64,000 nt of DNA from contig JAFGIU010000057.1 of NCBI GenBank assembly GCA_016929445.1, positions 3,867 to 67,866 on the forward strand. The letters run 5' to 3'. Below the pieces are notes generated by a model that worked only from the letters and a program-made list of their open reading frames with translations, was not told where the DNA came from and searched no databases. This document shows positions 28,548 to 37,030 of the stretch, piece by piece; within the stretch, counting starts at the first letter, position 1, and the number at the start of each line of letters is the position of its first letter. Both the position numbers and the translations under genes were made by a program. The stretch comes from Candidatus Omnitrophota bacterium. Its GTDB lineage: Bacteria > Omnitrophota > Gorgyraeia > JAFGIU01.

Positions 28548-28575
28548 AGTATAACACCAATTAGAATATTTTCAA
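28548..28575 (-). promoter_or_regulatory. Sigma-70 promoter for the beta-helix gene array
   Basis: TTGAAA-16 bp-TATACT with TGn extension; implies a leader of about 250 nt. Confidence 0.6.
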
Positions 28576-28627
28576 GGACTCTTTTAATATCGTATTGTTA
28601 AGTTGTTTAATGCACATTTTGGCAGGA

Positions 28628-29032
28628 CTATGCACCCAGCATGGAGGATTCAATCGTCACTTCGATATTGGCCCCCACCGTGTTCACGGTAATGTCATAG
28701 GAACCCGTGGTTCCGCTGATGGTGAAGGTCTCGGTGAGCACGCCCCCGCCCGGGGTCCAGGAAGGATCTTCCGCCAAGAGCTGCTTGGCCCGTTCATAAC
28801 CCGAATCCGCCACATACAGGGCCTGCGCTTCGCGGTAGTTGGAGCGCGCGCCCTCAAGCTGCCCTGCTGAAATTGAGACCAGAACCATGCCCATGGCCGA
28901 GAAAAGCATCATCACAAAGACTGCGATGATGGTCGCAAAACCCGATTGGGAATTCAGCCCGCTCCGCTTGGGCACCGGACTAGGGTCTGAGGTTCCGCGG
29001 GAAAATAATGGAATTATAGGTAATCGATTCAT
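28628..29032 (-). CDS. pilX: Short PilX/GspK-like minor pilin (N-terminal domain only)
   Basis: QSG|FATIIAVFVMML prepilin motif lacking Glu5, and QALYVADSGYERAKQLL typical of PilX_N. Start is uncertain (GTG 28975 possible). Confidence 0.8.
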   Translation of the reverse strand: MNRLPIIPLFSRGTSDPSPVPKRSGLNSQSGFATIIAVFVMMLFSAMGMVLVSISAGQLEGARSNYREAQALYVADSGYERAKQLLAEDPSWTPGGGVLTETFTISGTTGSYDITVNTVGANIEVTIESSMLGA

Positions 29033-29477
29033 TTCCGCTCGCCACGGTTATGCTCACTCCGACACGCCAGATATCCGTCACATCCCCGACCGGCGTTGCA
29101 AGAGCGGCATTGTTTTCGTCAAAATAGGTAAAAAGCAGGTTGGTCACATTCCTGCACAGCGGGTCACTGTTCCGCTGCAACTCACTCCCGGACAGCTCAA
29201 ACACGATATTGACATCATCCCCGTCAAAGAAATCAAACTCATCCGTATCCGCCACCTGGATATCTGCCGCGTCATTCCCCCGCAAAGTCCGGATTTCGCG
29301 GGTCATCCAGTCGATGGCCATCTTGCCCATCACGGCTTCGTCATTGCGAAAGCTCACAAAAGACCACAGGTCGACCACGGCCAGCACCGTGCCCGCAACG
29401 CCGGCACTCAAAATGCCGGCCACAGCGATCACCGCGACCAGCTCGATTAATGTGTGGCCTTTGTGGTCTTTCTTCAT
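28980..29477 (-). CDS. Minor pilin, PilW/GspJ-like
   Basis: KG|HTLIELVAVIAV prepilin motif, WMTREIR, LCRNVTNLLFTYFD, and C-terminal PRN. Confidence 0.85.
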   Translation of the reverse strand: MKKDHKGHTLIELVAVIAVAGILSAGVAGTVLAVVDLWSFVSFRNDEAVMGKMAIDWMTREIRTLRGNDAADIQVADTDEFDFFDGDDVNIVFELSGSELQRNSDPLCRNVTNLLFTYFDENNAALATPVGDVTDIWRVGVSITVASGNESITYNSIIFPRNLRP

Positions 29478-29497
29478 TGTTTCAGCTCTGTGATTCC

Positions 29498-29657
29498 GTC
29501 ATTGCGCGTCACTGGTTCGTCATTGCTGGCATCCCACCGTCATTGCGAGCATAGCGAAGCAATCTATGCTCCACAACGATCGCTTCACTCCGTTCGCAAT
29601 GACGAATTCAGCTCGATGACGCTTCGCGTTAGATAACCACGCTTCGCCCGCCATGAC
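29498..29657. repeat. Nested REP-like palindromes, GTCAT...ATGAC family
   Basis: Three GTCATTGC starts and three ATGAC ends around GCGAAGCAATC...GATCGCTTCACTCCGTTCGCAATGAC. Confidence 0.8.
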
Positions 29658-29668
29658 GGGCTCACCCG

Positions 29669-30271
29669 TCAATTTCCGCTATGGCTCGAACTCACAACCT
29701 CGCTAAAGGTCATGGTGCCCACTTTTGCGTGAGTCACCGTGACATCGATCCGTTTGTAATTGGTCCGGGCGGTGTCCAGCCTGACCGTGTCAAAATCCGT
29801 GTTCAGGGGATCATCATCCGCATACACATAGTAGACCGTGGCTGAGCGGGTAAAGCCCGGATACCCGGCAATTGCCGTCTCAGAGTAACCGTCGTAATCA
29901 TCCACATCATCAAAGTCGGCATTGGTGGACTCCCCTGCATTTGTCCCCAAAGCATTACTCCAATTGGTGGGCCAAACAGTGATGGGGTCCCCGGAGGGAG
30001 GAAAGGGTGTGGAAGAGCTGTTCTCATCAAAGTCCTTGGCAATGATCTCTTCCATCAGGGCGCGGCCCACGACCGTGGCCGTATTCTGGAACTCCGAATG
30101 AACGGATTCAATGGCGACCATGGAATACATATCCATGAGAGGCAGGGCGCAAAGGCCCAGAATGACGATGGCAAAACTGAGCTCCATCAGACTCATCCCG
30201 GACTGAGTCAGAAGTTTTGCCTTCAGGATGGATTTAAGAGACGCTCCCCGCAGGTCCCCCATGAATCTCAC
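29669..30271 (-). CDS. Minor pilin, PilV/GspI/MshD-like
   Basis: QSG|MSLMELSFAIVIL prepilin motif, LMEEIIAKDFDE, DFDDVDDYDG and YKRIDVTV. Confidence 0.85.
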   Translation of the reverse strand: MRFMGDLRGASLKSILKAKLLTQSGMSLMELSFAIVILGLCALPLMDMYSMVAIESVHSEFQNTATVVGRALMEEIIAKDFDENSSSTPFPPSGDPITVWPTNWSNALGTNAGESTNADFDDVDDYDGYSETAIAGYPGFTRSATVYYVYADDDPLNTDFDTVRLDTARTNYKRIDVTVTHAKVGTMTFSEVVSSSHSGN

Positions 30272-30381
30272 CTCCCCAATAAGTCCGGATATTGCACAAG
30301 TATATCATGCAAGTGCCCCACAAACTCCCTGGAATGAAGGACTTATGCGCAAAATAACGCAAGGGTCCGTAAGTCGGCGCG

Positions 30382-31341
30382 TTATTTGGCCGAGGCCGTG
30401 TGCCACTGCCACATCCACTCCAGAGTCTCGCGAAGTGTGTAACGCAGTTCCCATCCCGTGGCCAGTTTGAAGCGGGAGCAATCCCCCAGGAGGATGGGCA
30501 CATCACTGGGACGCATGGCCTGAGGGTCGGTCTCCACCTCATTGCTCACACCCGCGATCCCGCTCACCATATCAACCACCTCGCGAATAGTCACCGTCTT
30601 GCCGGAACAAATATTGTAGACCTCGCCGGGTTCCGCCTTTTCCAAGGCCAGCCAATAGGCTCTCACCATATCGCGCACATCCGTGAAGTCCCGCTTTGCA
30701 TCCAAATTGCCCAGGCTGTAGCGCTCGCGCTTGCCCTGCTTGATCTCCAAGGCCTGCTTTACCACCTTGCCGCAAATAAACTCCGCAGGCCGGCGCACGC
30801 CCGTATGGTTAAAAGCGCGCGTGCGCACAATGTGCAACCCGTAAGAACGGTGGTACTGAAAGCCCAAGAGATCCTGCGTTACCTTGCTCACTCCATAAGG
30901 ACTCAAAGGCCTTAACGGATTCGTCTCTTTGACCGGGGTTTCCTCTTCATGCACCAAGCCGTATTCCTCGCTGCTGCCGCACACCAAAAACCGGATCGGG
31001 TAATCCGCCCGCCTCATGGCTTCCATCAGATTGAGTTGGGAGATCACGTTATTGTCCAAGGTCTCTTTGGGCGCAATCCAGGAAGTGGGAACGTGGGATT
31101 GAGCTGCCAGGCCGAAGATCCGTTCCGGCAGAGTCTCTTTCACGACGCGCTCAACAGCCGAGGGGTCGCGCAAATCACACTCATAGAGTTGGACCCTGTC
31201 TTCGAGATGTTCAATATTGTCATGGCGGGAACGCCAACGGATGGTCCCTACCACCTTCCAGTCGGGATGCTCTGAAAGAATATGTTCCGCAAGGTGGGAA
31301 CCCACAAATCCGGATATCCCGGTAATCAAGCAAGTTTGCAT
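30382..31341 (-). CDS. GDP-sugar extended SDR (GDP-mannose 4,6-dehydratase / GDP-4-keto-6-deoxymannose reductase family)
   Basis: TGISGFVG, AAQSHV, SSEEYG, SPYGVSK, RAFNHTG, GNLDAKRDFTDVRD. Confidence 0.9.
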   Translation of the reverse strand: MQTCLITGISGFVGSHLAEHILSEHPDWKVVGTIRWRSRHDNIEHLEDRVQLYECDLRDPSAVERVVKETLPERIFGLAAQSHVPTSWIAPKETLDNNVISQLNLMEAMRRADYPIRFLVCGSSEEYGLVHEEETPVKETNPLRPLSPYGVSKVTQDLLGFQYHRSYGLHIVRTRAFNHTGVRRPAEFICGKVVKQALEIKQGKRERYSLGNLDAKRDFTDVRDMVRAYWLALEKAEPGEVYNICSGKTVTIREVVDMVSGIAGVSNEVETDPQAMRPSDVPILLGDCSRFKLATGWELRYTLRETLEWMWQWHTASAK

Positions 31342-31371
31342 AGGGCAGGCGCTCCGAGAGAATGAAACACA

Positions 31372-31875
31372 CTAGTCGACCCAAGTAAGACCTGTATTTT
31401 GGTTTACCGTAACCGTCCGGCTATTTCCACGGCAAGCAACCACAACGCTCCCGTTGGCCCCCAAATCCACTCCGGCAGCGTCCTGGGGCACACCCAATGA
31501 GCTGAAGACCAAGGTGGCGCCCCCGTCAAAATCAGCGCTGGTGATCGTGACATCCTGAAGCTCCGGGTCATTGGGGTAGTCTATGGTCATGGCACCGCGG
31601 GTATGCGGGCTGATCACATCCGCGCCGGTGGAGACCACGTAAACCTGGTAGGTTTCGTTCACCGTGCTGAAGGCAATCCCGATGGCTTCGTGGGTATTGA
31701 TGGCCAGCTGCTGGGCAAAGCGCAGATCCGACACCAACTTACGCGCCGCGCCCTCAGCCTGCATACTGTAATAACTGTCGAAACTGGGAATGGCCAGAGC
31801 GGCCAGGATACCGATAATGACCATCACCATGGTCAACTCGATGGCGGTAAAACCGGACTGTTTTCCCCTCCCCAT
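31372..31875 (-). CDS. Minor pilin, FimT/GspH-like
   Basis: Start moved to ATG 31875. QSG|FTAIELTMVMVIIGILAALAIP, AARKLVSDLRFAQQLA and LVFSSLG. Confidence 0.88.
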   Translation of the reverse strand: MGRGKQSGFTAIELTMVMVIIGILAALAIPSFDSYYSMQAEGAARKLVSDLRFAQQLAINTHEAIGIAFSTVNETYQVYVVSTGADVISPHTRGAMTIDYPNDPELQDVTITSADFDGGATLVFSSLGVPQDAAGVDLGANGSVVVACRGNSRTVTVNQNTGLTWVD

Positions 31876-32027
31876 GACGCCCCCCCGGTAGTCCGTGGCA
31901 GGATTCGGAACCCAAGTAGTAAGTATACCATTACTTGCAAATCCGATCTCCGGCCATTCAAGCAGCCTGGGTAAAGTTGGAGGCACTGTTTCGCTTCTCA
32001 GGCCCAATGGAGATAGTCACTGCATCA

Positions 32028-32353
32028 GGGACGGTTCTCGCCTATTCTCTGCGTGGCCGAGAGTTATGCGAGAACCGTCCCCTTAAGCTGAAAACAACCC
32101 AGCATACGCTAAGGGAGGGGCGGCGCCTCACGGAGGAGCTCAAAATCGCTGAAGCCATAAATGTCTTTCCAGCGTGTGCCCTGCGATTTTGGGCAGCCCC
32201 CCGTACTTCACCTATTGCGGAACAGAATAGCTAAGGCGATCCGGAGTGAGGACGACCGGCCCGATCCTTGGGGATGCAGATCCAATACCCCTGCCAAAAG
32301 GGACGGTTCTCGCGTAAGTCCATGTTGCGTATGGAATTGGCGAGACCTGTCCC
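32028..32353. repeat. Two GGGACGGTTCTCGC-type hairpin repeats flanking a further structured element
   Basis: Hairpins at 32028-32081 and 32300-32353, same family as 22781 and 49618; internal stem GCTCAAAATCGC/GCGATTTTGGGC. Confidence 0.8.
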
Positions 32354-32414
32354 TGATTTAATTGCTGAACAAGGATCCCCACGCCTGCGGCTCGTGATGA
32401 CGGCTGCGGAGAAA

Positions 32415-33923
32415 CTACAACGCCTTCCGGGCGGCGGAGTGCAGGGGTTCGAATTCGAGGACTTGCTCGAAATACCCGCGCGCGATTTCGGAATTACCCA
32501 GGCAGGTCTCCACTTGGCCCAGCAAATAAAGCGTGTGCGTGGAACCGGGCTCAAGGCTGAGGGCCTGCATAAAGGCCCGGCGAGCCTGCGCATACCGCCC
32601 CCGCACCAAAAGGGCCACACCCAACTCGTGATAAGCCTTGTGCGAAGCGGGCGAATAGGTTGTTTCCAGCTCCCACATCAAAACCGGCTGGGCCCAAACC
32701 TCATTCCGCGCAAAAGTCCCGACTCCATACCCGGTCAACAGCAATGCCACGCACAAAATCCCCGCGGCATGCCAGGCCCTCTGCCGCTCCTGGGCGGTTA
32801 TGAGGATCCACACCAAACCCATACCCACAGCCCAATGCCAGGTGAGCCCGGATAGATACACCAAATGCTCCACCAAAAGTCCGCCAAAGGGCACCAAGTT
32901 TGAAACCGGCAACATCAGAATCCAAAACCACCCCAGCACAAAGAAGCCCAATCCATTCTTGCGCAGGCGCCAGAATAAAAACCCGTTGAGCAACAGAAAG
33001 AGCAGGCCGCCGATCACCCGCGGATTCATCACCGAATGCCGGATCGCAATGGTATGCAGTACGTGCAAATCGGAAGGAAAGAGCAGAAGCCTCCAGTATT
33101 CCAGCCACACAGGCGCCATGGTCATCATGGTCGCGTACAAACTGCCGCCCCAATACTCGCGCTGCGCTACGCTGTGCAACAGGTGAGTCCTCAAAGCCAA
33201 GTAGAACCCGCCCACGGCAAAGAAAAACAACCACACAGGCAAACGCTTGCGCCATGCCGCTTCCGGTCTCAAGCATCTATCCAAAAGGAGGAGGACAAGA
33301 GGCAAAACAATCCCGCTCTCTTTGGAGAGCAAGGAAGCACAATAGGCCAAAAGGCTGAAGACCAGAACTCCGGGCCTCAAGCCTTTCCCCTCAGTGGCCG
33401 CCAGGTATAGCAACAGGGCCAGGAGAAAGAAAAAGGCATAGAGCAAATCTCCGCGGGAAGCAATCCAGGCCACGGATTCGGTCTGAACCGGGTGCAGCCA
33501 AAAAAGCATCGTGCTCAGGAGCGACGCGCTCCAGTTCAGATTGGAATCCCGGGAGGAGAATTTAATCAGGCGCAGGGTCAGGAGAAAAACCAGGAGTCCG
33601 TTGGCCCAATGAAGGAACACATTGTGCAAGTGATAGCCCAAAGGATTCAAGCCCCAGAGGGAATAATCCACGGCAAAGGAGAGCGTGCGCAAAGGCCGCC
33701 ACAGGGCGTGAAACCCGAAGGCCGCGCTGTCCGGGTCACTAAAGAATCTCGTCCACACCTTGGACAGAGGGCGAAGGGCGTCGTTGGTAACGATGAATGA
33801 AAAGTCGTCGTAGAAAAATTCCCCGCGCAGAGCGGGCAAATACAAAAGGAGGACGGCCGACATCCCCGCAATCAGCCAGAAGATACTCCGTTTCTTCCAA
33901 CGGCCATATTCAATCGGTCGCAT
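32415..33923 (-). CDS. TMTC-like GT-C protein glycosyltransferase with TPRs
   Basis: YLPALRGEFFYDD, WRPLRTLS, YHLHNVFLH, LHPVQTESVAWIASRGDLL, LLSKES, EHLVYL, then TPRs. Confidence 0.88.
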   Translation of the reverse strand: MRPIEYGRWKKRSIFWLIAGMSAVLLLYLPALRGEFFYDDFSFIVTNDALRPLSKVWTRFFSDPDSAAFGFHALWRPLRTLSFAVDYSLWGLNPLGYHLHNVFLHWANGLLVFLLTLRLIKFSSRDSNLNWSASLLSTMLFWLHPVQTESVAWIASRGDLLYAFFFLLALLLYLAATEGKGLRPGVLVFSLLAYCASLLSKESGIVLPLVLLLLDRCLRPEAAWRKRLPVWLFFFAVGGFYLALRTHLLHSVAQREYWGGSLYATMMTMAPVWLEYWRLLLFPSDLHVLHTIAIRHSVMNPRVIGGLLFLLLNGFLFWRLRKNGLGFFVLGWFWILMLPVSNLVPFGGLLVEHLVYLSGLTWHWAVGMGLVWILITAQERQRAWHAAGILCVALLLTGYGVGTFARNEVWAQPVLMWELETTYSPASHKAYHELGVALLVRGRYAQARRAFMQALSLEPGSTHTLYLLGQVETCLGNSEIARGYFEQVLEFEPLHSAARKAL

Positions 33924-35736
33924 GACCCAACCCTTCCAGTCTCTTCAGATTCTCCATGGCCTCACGCGCTGCCAATGACCCGGGCTGGACCTCAACCGCC
34001 TTTTCAAAAAACCCCTGCGCTGCTACCGGGTCCCGCACATAAGCAGCCTGAATAATCCCGAGTTTGTTATAGCTGTAGGCAAAAGCGGGATTGGCAGAGA
34101 CCGCCCGGTAGTACTGGGCTTGGGCCCCCTTCCAGTCCCCCGCCTCTTTGAGCAAATCCCCGATCGCCACAAAGAGCTCTGCCCCGCCCGGCGCAAATTC
34201 CAATCCTTGTTCATAGGCAGAACGCGCTTCGGCGCGGCGCCCCAAACCCTCGAGGGCTTTCCCCCGCCCCAACCAAGCACCCGCGTTTTCAGGCTGCACC
34301 CGCAGCAGCTGCGCATAAAGATCCAGCGCCCTGCCGAATTCCTTCTCCTGCAAATGAAGCGTGGCCCGCCCCAGCAAAGCCTGCGGATGCCAGGGAGAAA
34401 CGCGCAACAAGCTGTCCAAACGTTTTTTAGCCGCGTAACTGTCCCCTGCCTGATAGAGCGCCCAACCCAAGCCAAACTGCGACTTCGGACTTTGCGGATA
34501 GTGGTAATAGGCGGCAGACCACAGCGCCAAATCATCGGCCCACACCCCTGACTGCCGCACTGTGAGAAAAGAAAAACCCGCAAAAGCAATGAGTGCCACC
34601 CCGCCGGCAACCTTTCTCCAAATACGGTGCGCTTTCAAGGCAGCGACGAGCCACCCGCAAAATTCCGCCACGAGCATCACAGCCCCGAACATGGGCAGAT
34701 AGAAGAAGCGCTCCGCCCCGGGATTGGCCACAGGATAGAGCCCGAGCGCGGGCACCAAGCCCGCACCCAGCCAAAGCAGCCCGGCTTGGAGACGAAGATT
34801 CCGGGACCGCGCCCGCAACACCCCACCCAAACCCAGGCCGGCCAAACCCAATGCCGCCCACAAGCGCCAATCACTCAGACCGACCACTGCCTCAAACTCA
34901 TGAACCGGCGACAAGGCCACCGGCCAAAAGAAAGACCGCAGGTAGTGCACCCAAACCCAGAGTCCTGTCCCCAGCGCCGTGACAAGACTCCCCCCGGGAT
35001 AGGGCGGGAGTGTATCTGCATGATGGCTCATCCATCCAAAACGCAAGAGCACATAAGCGCTGATCACCAGCCAGTACCCTAACCAAGGTTTCTTCCAAAA
35101 CCGCAATACAGAGTCAAAGGTTCCGGCCTGTTGATCAGCCGCCAACACAAAGCCCACTAACAAAGGTAAGACCAATGCCGATTCCTTGGACAACAAGGCC
35201 AAGGCCCCCACTAAATAAGCCCATCCATGCCGGCCTGCCAATGCCAAACGCACGGCCGCCAGCACCCCCGCCACCATCAACAAATCTTTACGGTAGGTCA
35301 CGCACATCACTGCCTCCGAAGGAAGCGGATGCACACCAAACAGCAAAGTCCCCACAAAGGCCGGGATCTCGCCAAATCCAAGGCGCGTGAGCAAGGACCA
35401 CACCAGCACACAAGCCCCCAAATGCCACAGAAGATTCACCAAGTGAAGGGTCCAGGGATTGAATCCGTACAAATGGACGTCAATCCAATACGAGAGGGTG
35501 GTCAGGGGGCGGTAGGTGAATTCACCCGAGGCATTAAAGTATTCCTGCGTAAACCACAGGGAGGGATCCAAGGGCACTCTCAGGATCTTGGCGTTGAGCA
35601 GGACTGAATAGTCGTCATACACAAAGCCGTTGGAAAGCGAGGGCAGATAGGTAATCGCGATGCCTAATAAGGCGATGATGAGGAAGTAAAACGAACGTTG
35701 GTGGGGACATAGATCCTTCGTCGCTTTTCTCCTCAG
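33910..35736 (-). CDS. TMTC-like GT-C protein glycosyltransferase with TPRs (5' start unresolved)
   Basis: YLPSLSNGFVYDD, YRPLTTLS, VHPLPSEAV, LSKESA, AERFFYLP and multiple TPRs. The frame stays open upstream of GTG 35622 and encodes TM1, but contains no ATG/GTG/TTG; CTG 35736 is used here. Confidence 0.8.
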   Translation of the reverse strand: MRRKATKDLCPHQRSFYFLIIALLGIAITYLPSLSNGFVYDDYSVLLNAKILRVPLDPSLWFTQEYFNASGEFTYRPLTTLSYWIDVHLYGFNPWTLHLVNLLWHLGACVLVWSLLTRLGFGEIPAFVGTLLFGVHPLPSEAVMCVTYRKDLLMVAGVLAAVRLALAGRHGWAYLVGALALLSKESALVLPLLVGFVLAADQQAGTFDSVLRFWKKPWLGYWLVISAYVLLRFGWMSHHADTLPPYPGGSLVTALGTGLWVWVHYLRSFFWPVALSPVHEFEAVVGLSDWRLWAALGLAGLGLGGVLRARSRNLRLQAGLLWLGAGLVPALGLYPVANPGAERFFYLPMFGAVMLVAEFCGWLVAALKAHRIWRKVAGGVALIAFAGFSFLTVRQSGVWADDLALWSAAYYHYPQSPKSQFGLGWALYQAGDSYAAKKRLDSLLRVSPWHPQALLGRATLHLQEKEFGRALDLYAQLLRVQPENAGAWLGRGKALEGLGRRAEARSAYEQGLEFAPGGAELFVAIGDLLKEAGDWKGAQAQYYRAVSANPAFAYSYNKLGIIQAAYVRDPVAAQGFFEKAVEVQPGSLAAREAMENLKRLEGLGHATD

Positions 35737-35764
35737 GATGACAGCAGAGTTTCTTGGCCTGACA

Positions 35765-37030
35765 CTAGGATTTCTTGGCTTTGATGATCAGCTCGGACCC
35801 CGCAACATAACGCACTTCCTGGATCTCACAGCCACGGCTTAGCAGTGCAGCCTTAAGACTGGCTTGGGTGTAGTGAGTCACGTGCTCATCCGCATATCCT
35901 CCCCGGTGCACCCAGCCATAAACCTTTTCAATCCACACCCACGAGATCCTGTCGTAGTCGGGCGTCCCCACAATCAAGGACCCGCCCGGGGCTGCCACGC
36001 GCACAAGCTCGTCCAGAATTTCTTCGGCATCCAAACAGTGTTCAATCACCTGTGAGCTAATGACGGTTTCAAAGAGATTGTCCGCAAAAGGCAGTCTTGC
36101 ACCGCTTCCCCGAAGCAAACGGGTGTTGGTTCGCCTCATGAAACGCAATTTACCCATGCTGGGATCCAAGCCAACAGCCAAAGGCAAGTCGACAAGGATC
36201 TTGCTGGAACCGCAGCCCACATCCAGGATGCTGGTGCCGGGCTTTACCAACTCGCGAATATGGCGGTGCCTTTGGCGCTGCCACCAACGCTGCAACGGGA
36301 TCCGGCTGTAAAAGGCCCTGAAATCATAGTCTGCGCATTGGATGGAATTGCGCAACTGCCACAAGGAGCCCAAGGTCTTCAAATAGGACCGGGCAAAGGA
36401 GATGAGACGCGCGTGCGTCCGGCCTTCTTTGCGCGGCCGGTATTCGAAGGGAACTTCCTGTAAACGCCACCCCCCCGCATAGATTTTGAGAAGCAGCTCT
36501 TCCAACAGATCAAAATCCCGGCCCTGCGTTTGAATCTGCCGCAGGACTGAACTCCGGTACATGCGGAAGCCGCTGGACATGTCCTTGACCCCGATCGCCA
36601 AGACATGGCCATAAATCACATTTAGACAACGACTTAGAACCCACCTAAACCAGGGCATTTCCGCGCTGCCCCCGCTCACATAACGTGAGGCAATCACCAC
36701 ATCCGCGCGATCGCGCCAATCCCACATGCGCGCGATAAACTCCGGATCGTGCGAAAGGTCCGCGTCCAAACACAGAACATACTCCCCGCGCGAACGTTCA
36801 AACCCCTCCCTCAAAGCATTCCCATAGCCGGGGTTTGCCTGCACAAAAACTTTTGCGCCTGCGGCCTCGGCCTCCGCACAGGTTCCGTCTATGGAACCGC
36901 CATCGATGACCACCACTTCCCAGCTCAGCTCCATCCGGCTGAGCACTTGCGAAGTCCGTTCAATCAGCGGCCCCAGATTCCCGCCCTCGTTATGGGCTAA
37001 GATGAGAATGCTGAGATTCAACTCACTCAC
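35765..37030 (-). CDS. GT2 polyprenyl-phosphate sugar synthase (DPM1-like) fused to a class I SAM methyltransferase
   Basis: IDGGSIDGT, LDADLSHDP, SRYVSGG and DMSSGFRMYR, then LDVGCG and SQVIEH. Start GTG 37030 overlaps the upstream stop. Confidence 0.9.
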   Translation of the reverse strand: MSELNLSILILAHNEGGNLGPLIERTSQVLSRMELSWEVVVIDGGSIDGTCAEAEAAGAKVFVQANPGYGNALREGFERSRGEYVLCLDADLSHDPEFIARMWDWRDRADVVIASRYVSGGSAEMPWFRWVLSRCLNVIYGHVLAIGVKDMSSGFRMYRSSVLRQIQTQGRDFDLLEELLLKIYAGGWRLQEVPFEYRPRKEGRTHARLISFARSYLKTLGSLWQLRNSIQCADYDFRAFYSRIPLQRWWQRQRHRHIRELVKPGTSILDVGCGSSKILVDLPLAVGLDPSMGKLRFMRRTNTRLLRGSGARLPFADNLFETVISSQVIEHCLDAEEILDELVRVAAPGGSLIVGTPDYDRISWVWIEKVYGWVHRGGYADEHVTHYTQASLKAALLSRGCEIQEVRYVAGSELIIKAKKS

